Below are positions 6,907-15,984 of a stretch of DNA of 32,000 bases, piece by piece (the stretch's first letter is position 1; each line of letters starts with the position of its first letter). This DNA is from Candidatus Saccharimonadota bacterium (lineage in GTDB: Bacteria; Patescibacteriota; Saccharimonadia; Saccharimonadales; Saccharimonadaceae). A program made the translations under genes and the position numbers. The stretch lies in assembly GCA_016700015.1 (NCBI GenBank), contig CP064995.1, positions 90,001 to 122,000 of the forward strand, given 5' to 3'. The notes under the pieces are model-generated. The model worked only from the letters and a program-made list of their open reading frames with translations. It was not told the origin of the DNA and did not search any database.

Positions 6907-9900
6907 ATGAAACTCGCACGAGTATTTACTGCGATATTATTGGTTCTAGTGGTCGGCTTTGATTTCACCGCAAATGCGACAGTTACTACGCCCCCTATGG
7001 TAGATTGGAATGGCGATGTTTTCTATAAAAAAAGTGATGGGTCACCGAAGCCTGTCGAGTGCGAACAAAGAAAGGTTCGTATACGCCCACTGAAGAATAG
7101 GGTATATGCTGATATACCGATAACATCGGTACAAGATGTATGTGTTTATACTGCCGATGGTTACGAGTACGCCTGGTATATGAGATGTTACTACGAAGAC
7201 CCACATCATCCAGCCATAGGGTGTCTGGGTGAGGACGGAATAGCGTTCTCGGTGGCGGGTAATGACTTTGTCCCTGCACCCAACCTTACAGTGCGTGGTT
7301 CAAGTGATATATATTATCTCGGTCACACGAAGTCTTTCGTACATGTTAGGGGCAGGAACAGCCAGCTTATATTTTATAGAGATATACTCTCACATATGAG
7401 TGATCTTGGACAGGAGGGGTTGTATTTAGATGATAATGTCGATTTTGTGCTGACCGACGAAAGCAATACGCCTGTTAGCACAAATGGTTTAGGAATATCA
7501 ACGAATAAACAATGGATTTCATTTGCTGTACCGAATAGCGGTGTCATGGTAATGGATTTGGCAACACTTAAACCGCAGCGGCTAACTAATGACTACTCGG
7601 TCGATAGCATTATTAGTCCATCGGTATATTATGAAACTTCAGTTAGTAGTGATGGTAGCCATGTGCTAGTCAGTGGTAGTGGGCTCTCGACTATAATCAT
7701 ACGGCATTTCGATGGGTGCGGGGAGTATATATCAACAGTACAATATTCCGATGGGGGGAAGAATGCGCCAATCATAGGTAGTGAATGTCAGAAAGTGTAT
7801 CTTGATAGCCAATTGCGACAGCACGATTTTGTATTGAGGATGCCTGGAATGGCAATCAGTAATGCCAAGATATCAGGAAAAGGGGATTCCTTTTATTATT
7901 TTAATAATTACTACTGGTCAAATGTGTACGCGGCAAACTATAATCCAAGCACCTTAACCTATCTGGCCCTTGGTGATTCCTACGCGAGCGGCGAAGGGGA
8001 TTTGACGGACGATTATTTACCCTATACGAATATTTATGGGGACTATCGCATTGGGGTACCGCGCGAGATGTGTCATATAAGTCGAGGCTCATATCCGCTT
8101 CTCCTTGCTAAGGATATGGACTTGCAACAAGGCCTTGATATGCACTCAGTCGCATGCTCTGGGGCTGTATTGCGCGACGTCTTTTCCGCCGACAAACCAA
8201 TATATTTTATTGATACACAGTATGTTGGCCAGCCAACACAACTTCAGAAAGGTGTGGGCGATAGACTGGGCGGTCTCAGCAATCAGTTGGAGCTGCAGCA
8301 GGCAGCGCGTAGCAGCTTTATACCTGGCCGAGTGCAACAAATTGAATTTGTGCATGCTACCCAGCCGAGCACAGTCACCCTAATGATGGGCGGTAATGAC
8401 CTAGGTTTTGGTGGTATAATGGCGAGCTGCGCAAAAACCATTAAGCTCACCAATCTTGATCAAACATGCGACGAGTTGACTCCAGAAGGCAGGCTAGCGA
8501 ATGTACAAAAAATATATAGCATGTACCCAAGGCTTAGAGAGTTATACAAAGCGATAAAAGACCAGTACCTCATGCCAAACCCACGCATTTTTGTGATAGG
8601 CTACCCAAAGTTTTTTGACGGCTCGCTCTACTGTCCTGATATGTTGGCGCTGTATTCGCAGACCGAGCAACAATCAATTGTCGAACTGATCGACTATGCC
8701 AATGCTATGATACGTCAGGCTGCGCTCGATGAGGGGCTAAAGTTCATAGAAGTTGGTGATGCATTGACCGATATGTCTATGTGTGGGAAGAGCAACGGCA
8801 TGACATCCATTGATGATTTGTTCGTGAAGGGAATTTATACAGAACTCATGAAGTATCGTGAGGCAGCAGATGATAATATTCGCGGCTACGGTGCTATTAT
8901 GGGAACGGCCGTAAACCAAAACCCTCTTTTTATCACTGTGTATCTTGGGTACAGAGTCGTAGATAATGGTATGAATTTCGCCTATAGCCCATCGGCTGCT
9001 ATTGATGGCACGTTTCAGCAATTAGCGCATCCGAATAAAGTCGGGCACACTGCAATGAAGCAGGTGATGGCCGGTGGGCTTGGCTCCGACCTATTGTATA
9101 GTGATGCATGCAACGAAATCGTGGTGTGCCCAAGTGGTGTGGTGCTTGGCCACGCACCCGACCCGAGTACCTTTGTACAGGGGGTCGGTCTCGACGAGGC
9201 GGGTGAGAAAATTGTTCTAGAGGGCGACGGAATCGTATCGATTGCGAGTGGCGTGGATACGGCACTGCGCGATGATTCACTCCCCGTACTTCGCAAAGCG
9301 GCAAAACAAATCGTAGTAACACTCAGTAAAAATTACCTAGAAAAGTACACAAAAGCCACACTCTCACCGCGAATGTCGCTCCTTCTCCATTCTGATCCAG
9401 TTGATCTGGGCACGTTCACTTACAATGCAAACACCGATAACTTTGAAGTTGTGTTCGACATGCCCAATGTTATGCCTGGCTACCACAGATTACATATTGC
9501 TGGGTCCACCGAAGCGGGGCAACCGCTTGAAGTGGTCAAAAGGATATTCGTACTTGGGTTTGAGGGTGATATCGACGATGATGGTATAGACGATAGTCGC
9601 GATACTTGCGCATTTGGTAGCGCCAGTAATCGTGATATCGATCAAGATGGTATTGATGACGTGTGTGATCTATATGTCTCGTACAACCAGCGTGGTAGCA
9701 CAACTTATACGGCGACCGGTTCTCGGCTTTCCCTCATGGACGCACTTAATCAACAATTAGATGAGCAGTTTACTAACGAGCCTGTCGTACAAAGTGGCTT
9801 GATCGGCAAGGCTAATTTGGAAAAACCCGAGCAAGTCAAAACAGCTACGACCCGCAGTCAAAATCAAACCTTGTGGCCACTAGATATTGTGGTCGCGGCT

Positions 9901-9948
9901 GCTTTGGGTATACTTATAGCAATGTATATAAAGAGGCGTAGGACTTAG
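6907..9948 (+). CDS. large secreted/anchored SGNH (GDSL-like) hydrolase with acidic Ca-binding-type repeats and a C-terminal TM anchor
   Basis: Signal peptide MKLARVFTAILLVLVVGFDFTANA. SGNH blocks LALGDSYASGEG, MMGGNDLGF and QLAHPNKVGH. Asp-rich repeats DIDDDGIDDSRDTC and DIDQDGIDDVCD resemble thrombospondin type 3 repeats. C-terminal anchor LWPLDIVVAAALGILIAMYIKRRRT. Confidence 0.8.
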   Translation: MKLARVFTAILLVLVVGFDFTANATVTTPPMVDWNGDVFYKKSDGSPKPVECEQRKVRIRPLKNRVYADIPITSVQDVCVYTADGYEYAWYMRCYYEDPHHPAIGCLGEDGIAFSVAGNDFVPAPNLTVRGSSDIYYLGHTKSFVHVRGRNSQLIFYRDILSHMSDLGQEGLYLDDNVDFVLTDESNTPVSTNGLGISTNKQWISFAVPNSGVMVMDLATLKPQRLTNDYSVDSIISPSVYYETSVSSDGSHVLVSGSGLSTIIIRHFDGCGEYISTVQYSDGGKNAPIIGSECQKVYLDSQLRQHDFVLRMPGMAISNAKISGKGDSFYYFNNYYWSNVYAANYNPSTLTYLALGDSYASGEGDLTDDYLPYTNIYGDYRIGVPREMCHISRGSYPLLLAKDMDLQQGLDMHSVACSGAVLRDVFSADKPIYFIDTQYVGQPTQLQKGVGDRLGGLSNQLELQQAARSSFIPGRVQQIEFVHATQPSTVTLMMGGNDLGFGGIMASCAKTIKLTNLDQTCDELTPEGRLANVQKIYSMYPRLRELYKAIKDQYLMPNPRIFVIGYPKFFDGSLYCPDMLALYSQTEQQSIVELIDYANAMIRQAALDEGLKFIEVGDALTDMSMCGKSNGMTSIDDLFVKGIYTELMKYREAADDNIRGYGAIMGTAVNQNPLFITVYLGYRVVDNGMNFAYSPSAAIDGTFQQLAHPNKVGHTAMKQVMAGGLGSDLLYSDACNEIVVCPSGVVLGHAPDPSTFVQGVGLDEAGEKIVLEGDGIVSIASGVDTALRDDSLPVLRKAAKQIVVTLSKNYLEKYTKATLSPRMSLLLHSDPVDLGTFTYNANTDNFEVVFDMPNVMPGYHRLHIAGSTEAGQPLEVVKRIFVLGFEGDIDDDGIDDSRDTCAFGSASNRDIDQDGIDDVCDLYVSYNQRGSTTYTATGSRLSLMDALNQQLDEQFTNEPVVQSGLIGKANLEKPEQVKTATTRSQNQTLWPLDIVVAAALGILIAMYIKRRRT

Positions 9949-9950
9949 CG

Positions 9951-10418
9951 CTAACTACACGGGCTACCCGTAGCGCTGGCAATGTTTATATACTGGACCG
10001 CCTTGAGTGCGGGGCTATACCATTCAACTTGGGCGCCGATAGTACACTTGCGATATCCTACCTTTTTTTCGTTGCTCGGATCGGAGAGTGAACCATCAAG
10101 TAGGATAGTCGCTGCGTCGACAATTCTCGCTTCGGCTGGTCCGGTTTGTGTCAAATCTCCAGCGTTTACTTTGCCACTAGAAAGTTGGGCGTAGGTCGGG
10201 GTGTCGCCAAGCGCTGATTTCCAGGCCTCTGCTTTTTTTGCAACCATTTTTGCAGTATTACTTGCTTGCGAGTCGCGGGAACGCGTGTTGATACTAGTAG
10301 ATAACGTTAGTGTAATGGAAGTAATTATACCGATGATAGCAATCACTATGATTAGCTCAACTAGGCTGAACCCCGAAAACTTTCGATCAACTGATCTATC
10401 TTTTAGTCTTTTAATCAT
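9951..10418 (-). CDS. type IV pilin-like protein (prepilin N-terminal cleavage/methylation domain)
   Basis: MIKRLKDRSVDRKFSG|FSLVELIIVIAIIGIITSI. I chose the start at 10418 because AAGGGGG lies upstream. The listed ORF start at 10466 lacks an RBS. Confidence 0.8.
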   Translation of the reverse strand: MIKRLKDRSVDRKFSGFSLVELIIVIAIIGIITSITLTLSTSINTRSRDSQASNTAKMVAKKAEAWKSALGDTPTYAQLSSGKVNAGDLTQTGPAEARIVDAATILLDGSLSDPSNEKKVGYRKCTIGAQVEWYSPALKAVQYINIASATGSPCS

Positions 10419-10498
10419 GGCCCCCTTACTATTTATAAATGGCGTGATACTGGATGACAGTATCACGCCATGAAAATGCTAGAGCATTTAAACGATAT

Positions 10499-10963
10499 CT
10501 AACAGCCAGCACCAGCTTTAATGACAGCCTGAGCTGGAGTTGCTATAGAGTAATCCCAATACCAAACGTTAGCACCTGCAGCACATGCCCATACCGCAAC
10601 AACTGAACCATTCGAAGCGGTTGTGCCCGAGAGGCCACTGACAGTTGCACTTGTTGCCGCGACTACAGAGGCGGCGTTATCAACATTTGCTTCAGTTGAT
10701 ACAGGTGCCGCAGCAGCATAGGTATTAATGTTGGCCCCAGTCACACCCGCTGCGCTAGAATAATATGCGCCCTTAATCGCATTGAGCGCTTCAAACTTCT
10801 TTACAATACTATTTGCCGTTTGTTGACCAGCGGAGGTCTTTGCGCGGTTCTGGATACCATTGTACGCAACAATGGTAATTGCTGCCAAGATAGCAATAAT
10901 CACAACGACGATCAAAAGTTCGACGATCGTGAAGCCGCGTGTTTTAGTTTGTGTTAGAGTCAT
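10499..10963 (-). CDS. type IV major pilin candidate (PilA-like)
   Basis: MTLTQTKTRG|FTIVELLIVVVIIAILAAITIVAYNGIQNRA. C-terminal Cys pair (WACAAG...GAGC). Strong SD (TAGGGGG). Small Ala/Thr/Ser-rich body. Confidence 0.85.
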   Translation of the reverse strand: MTLTQTKTRGFTIVELLIVVVIIAILAAITIVAYNGIQNRAKTSAGQQTANSIVKKFEALNAIKGAYYSSAAGVTGANINTYAAAAPVSTEANVDNAASVVAATSATVSGLSGTTASNGSVVAVWACAAGANVWYWDYSIATPAQAVIKAGAGC

Positions 10964-11040
10964 TTAAATGCCCCCTAGTTAATTTATTACTTTATACTTG
11001 TATGTTAGCAAAGTACTTATGTATATGCAATAGGATTTTG

Positions 11041-13170
11041 CTATTGTTCGGCGAGGAATTTTATATTGTCCAGCGCAGTCCATCCATAGTTATTATTGAC
11101 ACAGATGATGTTGCCGTTAGGCTGCACATCAATTCGGCCAAAATTGGCGTACGAGTCGAGCAAGTATATCTGAGTTTCTTTTGGTCGATATCCAACGGGT
11201 AGAGTAGTGATTACTTCTCCGAGCGTACAGATACCCACCGTATTTCGTGTTATTAGTCCCTTTACCTGTACAATACCGTCGGATGCTTTTGTGTACTGCG
11301 GAGTTGCGTATGCGCCGCCATAGTGCACCCATGAATTCTGAAGTGTGAGGTTGAGCCATCCAGAGTATGAGCTGGGGTGCCACATGGTTTGGTTAGTTTC
11401 GTATGTGCCACCTAACGTTCCTTTTGCATGTAAGTTGCCGTCAGAAGCCTGGATGCCGTAACTATTGAATTCGTAGGTGCCACCGCCCTGCAGAGGGAAC
11501 GTAACTGTAGAGTTAGCATACGCAGGGAAGTGCAAGTCTTGGCCGGGTCGATACGCAGCGGGGACAAACCATATATTACAGCCAGTACACTGGTTACCTG
11601 GTGTAAGGAGTCCCTGTACCTGCGTACGACCAGACGCATCGGTAGCATATTGAACGGGTGCGAACGGACCACCATAAGTGGCAACATAGTTTGTCCAGCC
11701 ATTATTTAAGGTTGCATTTGTCCATGTGACCGCACCAGCGGCAACAAATTTTACTGCGTCGAGCGACACCCAGTTGACTGTGGGGTGGTAGATAATATCA
11801 ACCCCTCCGGCAACTCCCACGTCGACACGCGCAGGAACGCCATATGTTCCCGATGCATCCATCGTAGAAGTATGAATAAGGTGTGCACTAGGCCTCAATC
11901 CTTCTGGCAGAGTACAGACTCCGTAGGTTGGTGTACCGCTAGCCCCACCGGTCACTAGTCCTTTCATGACAACGATATTTGCACTAGTTATGGTGTATGC
12001 CGCTGTTGCGTATCCGTTTCCGGCTGGGCTGTAATTGACCCAAGGGCTTTTAAGCTCACAGTTGGTCCATAGAGGCCTTTGGTAGAGAAATTGCGCTTCT
12101 GCCGAATCACCGATATCATTCGAAGATATTACACCAACAGTGATAGTATCGAGGGGCCTCCCCGCAGACACGGTAAGCACATTGGTAAGAACATTCGAAT
12201 AGCTTGACCATGCACCACTATTTATTTTATATCGCGTCTTGTAGTAGCGCGCATTCTTAGCTTTATTCCAGGTAAAGCTGGATTTTAGCGGCTGGTTGTA
12301 AATGGATAGCGCGGCATTGTAGATTCGTATGTTTGCAGGGGTGTCGGGCGTATCATCGTAGGAAGTGTTTGTCCGCGTAGCGCGGGCGACACCAGAGTTT
12401 GTGATAGTCTCACCGGCCACAGTTTTGCTCTGGGTAACGACTGTACGAATTGATTTGGCGACTACGGGATTGGTGGTGGTTGAGCTACCTGTAGTGTAAT
12501 AGGTTGTGGTAATACTACTAACGTTATCTAAGATTAGCTCATCACGTGACTGGCAGTATGCGTTAAATGTGGCCGATAGAGAACACGAATTACGCTGCCA
12601 AGGTGTATCGCAAACGGCTGTTTGATCGCTAGCACTCAGCGACCAGGCTGGCACTATGGTACGTCGCCAGAGTGAACCACTTTTCAAGAAGTAGATTATT
12701 TTTACGGTAAGTGCAGGGTTAAGTATCGTGTTTGCTGCACCACAAGCATTGGGCTGACTTTTATAATAGACCACCTGTCTATTCACATTGAGTGGGCTGC
12801 TGGTTGTTGCGTACTGATTAACAATGAGGTCATTATTTGGGCTAGACGCGCTAAACGCTCCAGTCGTATCGTCACGCCCTTGTGGAGTATTGAGCATTGA
12901 GTAGCTGCTAAGAAAAACTGTCGCAAGACGAGCGTCTTGTTCGATCCTGTCGAGTGCGCTTTGGAGGTTGTATGCACTAATACTACGGTCGCGTGAAATA
13001 GTAGAATCACCAACCAAGTTGATCATGAGCGCGATGATACCGGCGATTACAAGCACGGCCACAGGAGCAATAACAAGTAGTTCAACTAGGGTAAACCCAG
13101 GTTCTTTTATTTGGCGGTTATGGTGTGACAGAAATCGCACGGATAACCTGCTTCGTATTAGGACTATCAT
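11041..13170 (-). CDS. giant pilin-like protein (~709 aa): prepilin-type N-terminus plus three tandem C-terminal beta-rich modules; candidate pilus tip adhesin
   Basis: The N-terminus ...NRQIKEPG|FTLVELLVIAPVAVLVIAGIIALM carries a prepilin-type cleavage site. The start is uncertain: ATG at 13170, or a GTG 10 codons downstream at 13140. The listed ORF start at 13257 would overlap the upstream gene by 140 nt. Confidence 0.7.
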   Translation of the reverse strand: MIVLIRSRLSVRFLSHHNRQIKEPGFTLVELLVIAPVAVLVIAGIIALMINLVGDSTISRDRSISAYNLQSALDRIEQDARLATVFLSSYSMLNTPQGRDDTTGAFSASSPNNDLIVNQYATTSSPLNVNRQVVYYKSQPNACGAANTILNPALTVKIIYFLKSGSLWRRTIVPAWSLSASDQTAVCDTPWQRNSCSLSATFNAYCQSRDELILDNVSSITTTYYTTGSSTTTNPVVAKSIRTVVTQSKTVAGETITNSGVARATRTNTSYDDTPDTPANIRIYNAALSIYNQPLKSSFTWNKAKNARYYKTRYKINSGAWSSYSNVLTNVLTVSAGRPLDTITVGVISSNDIGDSAEAQFLYQRPLWTNCELKSPWVNYSPAGNGYATAAYTITSANIVVMKGLVTGGASGTPTYGVCTLPEGLRPSAHLIHTSTMDASGTYGVPARVDVGVAGGVDIIYHPTVNWVSLDAVKFVAAGAVTWTNATLNNGWTNYVATYGGPFAPVQYATDASGRTQVQGLLTPGNQCTGCNIWFVPAAYRPGQDLHFPAYANSTVTFPLQGGGTYEFNSYGIQASDGNLHAKGTLGGTYETNQTMWHPSSYSGWLNLTLQNSWVHYGGAYATPQYTKASDGIVQVKGLITRNTVGICTLGEVITTLPVGYRPKETQIYLLDSYANFGRIDVQPNGNIICVNNNYGWTALDNIKFLAEQ
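11044..12075 (-). repeat. three tandem ~105-125-aa protein modules within the giant pilin-like gene
   Basis: Shared signature at the start of each module: SPWVNYSPAGNGYATAAYTITSANIVVMKGLV, NNGWTNYVATYGGPFAPVQYATDASGRTQVQGLL and QNSWVHYGGAYATPQYTKASDGIVQVKGLI. Modules 1 and 3 also share LP.G.RP...R.DV...G...W..LD..KF.A. Confidence 0.65.
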
Positions 13171-13519
13171 AGGAAACAGTAACTGTGATGAGTGTTGCGC
13201 TCGATGCCCGTAGGAGTACGCTATTTGCACCATATTCATTAAGAGGACAGGTTGCAACTACCGTAGCAGTAGCATTGGGCATGCTCGATGAAATTGAGGG
13301 CGTGAGTGTCCAGTTACTACAGGGCTTTGTGGCGTTTGCAGTATATTGTCGAAGCAGGTCGTAGGCGACATTCGATGCTTTTGCCTTGAGTTGCGTATTA
13401 CCAGAGTTATTGAGGATAACACTATACAACTGGTACGCCGACCCGAGCAAAAGTACTCCCACTACAATGGCGACAAGTAATTCTACGGCAGTAAATGCAA
13501 GATGGCGCCTGGTTGTCAT
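13118..13519 (-). CDS. minor pilin/pseudopilin
   Basis: MTTRRHLA|FTAVELLVAIVVGVLLLGSAYQLY. The start overlaps the upstream stop (ATGA-type coupling). Confidence 0.75.
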   Translation of the reverse strand: MTTRRHLAFTAVELLVAIVVGVLLLGSAYQLYSVILNNSGNTQLKAKASNVAYDLLRQYTANATKPCSNWTLTPSISSSMPNATATVVATCPLNEYGANSVLLRASSATLITVTVSYDSPNTKQVIRAISVTP

Positions 13520-14085
13520 TGGTGTTCACTCCGGATAGTCTGTAATGTCCCGTCTTTCTCGAGGCGATAGTAGAGATTGAAGCGGATGCAGCTTGTATTG
13601 ATGCATATATTTCCACCAGTGTCGATTGGTTCGTAATAGTATGTGTCTTTTGTGGTGGTGGCCGTAACCGCTCCTGTTTCTGCCGGCTGGCAAGATGCTG
13701 AGCAGAGTGGTGCAAATGCTGTTGTCGAAAGGCCGGGTGCAAGAAAGTTGTTTTTGCCCGTACCAGGTAGGCCGTCGGTGAGGTAGCCACCTGTCACCTG
13801 TGAGGGGGCAAACGTAGCTACAGACTGACCAAGCATATGCTGGATTTCATTTACACTTGGGTAGGAGCCGGGTGCGACATACGATGGTGAAGTTACCATG
13901 CCATTACCCTGACGATAGCGTGCCTCGATGCCACGAGCGATCGCGTCTGCGTCGGCCTTGCGCTCGGCGTCTCGTCCGTTCACTTGGTTACCCGTGAGGT
14001 TGATAACAGTCAGTGTTAGTAGGATTGCCATGATTACCATGACTATCACTACTTCAACAACAGTAAAACCCCTTGACCTAGGCAT
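13516..14085 (-). CDS. minor pilin/pseudopilin
   Basis: MPRSRG|FTVVEVVIVMVIMAILLTLTVINL, the canonical G|FT..E prepilin motif. Confidence 0.8.
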   Translation of the reverse strand: MPRSRGFTVVEVVIVMVIMAILLTLTVINLTGNQVNGRDAERKADADAIARGIEARYRQGNGMVTSPSYVAPGSYPSVNEIQHMLGQSVATFAPSQVTGGYLTDGLPGTGKNNFLAPGLSTTAFAPLCSASCQPAETGAVTATTTKDTYYYEPIDTGGNICINTSCIRFNLYYRLEKDGTLQTIRSEHQ

Positions 14086-14124
14086 AGTATTAGCATAAGT
14101 TTTTTTGCTTAACTACGCAAGTAG

Positions 14125-15150
14125 CTAAATGGGCATTTCAAGTGGCTCTTGTTCGATCTGAATACGGAATTTGTCGCGTACTGCCCCGATGATTTCGTCG
14201 CGAGCCGCCGCAAGATCGGCATAGCCCGTTGCCGATTGATTAATCAGTACTAATGCATTTTTGTCATGCACTTTTATGCCGTGGAGCACCTGGCCCTTGA
14301 GGCCTGTTTGCTCGATCAACCACCCGGTTGGTACTTTGTAGGTGTCATTCGGCATATCGTAGGTAGGCATATCGGGATAGTCTTTACGGAGGTCTTTGAG
14401 CTGCCAGTCCTCAATAATCGCATTTTTAAAGAATGAACCAGTGTTGGGCAGTAGGGCGGGGTCGGGGAGCTTATCGGTACGGATAGCAACAACGGCATCG
14501 CGGATGACCCGTGGAGTATAGATCGTGATATGATTGGCATCAAGATAATCTTGCACGGCTTTGTAAAAAGGCGGCTGCGGCGCGCTACGGTAAAGTCGCA
14601 GGGTAATCGTGAGTATGATATAGCGTCCTGCCTCGGTGTCGCGAAATATACTATTGCGATACGAAAAATGACACTGATCATTTGTGAGAGTGACTATTTC
14701 GTTTGCTTTCCGATCGTATGCCTGCAGTTCGACAAGCGTTTCAGATACCTCCTGGCCGTATGCACCGATATTCTGTACGGGCGCAGCGCCGGCAGTCCCG
14801 GGAATTGCTGATAGCGCTTCAATGCCTGTCAGGTTCATTTCTACACAGCGCTTCACGACGTCGTCCCAGTCTTCGCCGGCACCAATTTGTATGGTAGCGT
14901 CGCTTGCTGTCTGTGCAATCACGTGGAAGCCTGGTATACGGTTGCGGATGGCTAGCCCACTATAGCCTTCGTCTCTGACGAGCGTATTACTACCCCCGCC
15001 AAGCACATAGAGTGGTAGATTTTGCGTTTTAGCACGCTGACAAATGTCTGCCACTTCGGCTGGGCTATGAACATCTACCATGAACCTGGCATTTCCACCA
15101 ATGCGCATGGTTACATAATTTTTCAAGGGAATGTCGGTATGAATTTCCAT
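14125..15150 (-). CDS. murB: UDP-N-acetylenolpyruvoylglucosamine reductase
   Basis: LKNYVTMRIGGNARFMV at the N-terminus, an FAD-binding fold (LGGGSNTLV, IPGTAGAAPVQNIGAYG) and a C-terminal MurB domain (GSFFKN, PTGWLIEQTGLKG). Confidence 0.9.
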   Translation of the reverse strand: MEIHTDIPLKNYVTMRIGGNARFMVDVHSPAEVADICQRAKTQNLPLYVLGGGSNTLVRDEGYSGLAIRNRIPGFHVIAQTASDATIQIGAGEDWDDVVKRCVEMNLTGIEALSAIPGTAGAAPVQNIGAYGQEVSETLVELQAYDRKANEIVTLTNDQCHFSYRNSIFRDTEAGRYIILTITLRLYRSAPQPPFYKAVQDYLDANHITIYTPRVIRDAVVAIRTDKLPDPALLPNTGSFFKNAIIEDWQLKDLRKDYPDMPTYDMPNDTYKVPTGWLIEQTGLKGQVLHGIKVHDKNALVLINQSATGYADLAAARDEIIGAVRDKFRIQIEQEPLEMPI

Positions 15151-15175
15151 AAGTACCTTGTTTTAGTATAGCATT

Positions 15176-15252
15176 TGGTACCCCGCACAGGAGTTGAACC
15201 TGCAACCTTTGGTACCGGAAACCAACGCTCTATCCAATTGAGCTAACGGGGC
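15176..15252 (-). tRNA. tRNA-Arg (anticodon CCG), CCA encoded
   Basis: Acceptor GCCCCGT/GCGGGGT, anticodon stem-loop TTGGT-TTCCGGT-ACCAA, T arm GCAGG-TTCAACT-CCTGT, then ACCA. Confidence 0.9.
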
Positions 15253-15447
15253 ATAGCTATATTGTACGCTATATAGGACAATAAATTGCAGGTATGATAG
15301 GCAGGATATCGCTCATTTCACTCGCTCTTCCGCTCAGTCGCAAAAGAAAAGAACTTTTTTTGGCTTCCTTCGCTGCACCGAACTTACGACTACGATATTT
15401 TCCTACGGAAAATCTCTAGTCGTAGAACCGGACCCTGCGGAACGTAA

Positions 15448-15485
15448 CCAATTCAAAAACCCCTCTTGAGGGGCTCATGAATTGG
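15448..15485 (-). terminator. nested hairpin overlapping the CCA end of tRNA-Arg(TCG)
   Basis: Outer stem CCAATTCA/TGAATTGG (8 bp) and inner stem CCCCTC/GAGGGG. The right outer arm covers the complement of the tRNA CCA. Confidence 0.5.
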
Positions 15486-15559
15486 TACACCCGGCAGGAT
15501 TCGAACCTGCGACCACTTGGTTCGAAGCCAAGTACTCTAATCCGCTGAGCTACGGGTGC
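15483..15559 (-). tRNA. tRNA-Arg (anticodon TCG), CCA encoded
   Basis: Acceptor GCACCCG/CGGGTGT, anticodon stem-loop CTTGG-CTTCGAA-CCAAG, T arm GCAGG-TTCGAAT-CCTGC, then ACCA. Confidence 0.9.
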
Positions 15560-15603
15560 CTACTACCAGTTTATTATACCACTGTTAGTCCTGGGCTATA
15601 ACT

Positions 15604-15984
15604 TTAGTTGAGCGATAGGGCAGCAACAAGCAGCTGAAGTCCGAGTGATAGCCCATTCCCGACCATGTTGACACACCATAAAATTGCGGCAATCAGCCAC
15701 GCATTCTTTTTGCTCCGCGCGAAGTCGCGCAGCGGCTTGCCTTCGGCATCGGGCATGCTACCGGTCAAGATCATGATTTGATCGTATAGCGCCCAAATAC
15801 CAAGACCGCCAAACGTCAGTAACTTCACGACACCTTGCCATGTATACCCCAGGTAAAAACGGTCAACACCTAACCAGCCTAGAAATACACTTAACATAGC
15901 GCTTACCATGTAGTCTCGGCTGCTTTCCTGGGTCAGGTAGTTCGATGGCGGAGCGGGCTGAGTTTGGGGAGCTACGGTACTCAC
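15604..15984 (-). CDS. TM2 domain-containing membrane protein
   Basis: [45 protein letters not shown] is the TM2 (PF05154) signature. GTG start with AAAGGAG upstream. Overlaps the upstream stop by 1 nt. Confidence 0.8.
   Translation of the reverse strand: MSTVAPQTQPAPPSNYLTQESSRDYMVSAMLSVFLGWLGVDRFYLGYTWQGVVKLLTFGGLGIWALYDQIMILTGSMPDAEGKPLRDFARSKKNAWLIAAILWCVNMVGNGLSLGLQLLVAALSLN

Noticed and set aside
13422-13790. ORF 13422-13790(-), and similar internal or antisense ORFs inside the pilin, murB, glyA, kinase and surface-protein genes.
   Set aside because: They are fully embedded in, or antisense to, genes with clear family signatures. Nothing independently supports them.
15253-15482. The spacer between the two tRNA-Arg genes as a confident sixth copy of the element family.
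   Set aside because: Only the P2-like hairpin and a GCGGAACGTAAC stretch resemble the family. The TGAGA/P1 and GGGG joints are not recognisable. It is mentioned only as possibly decayed.
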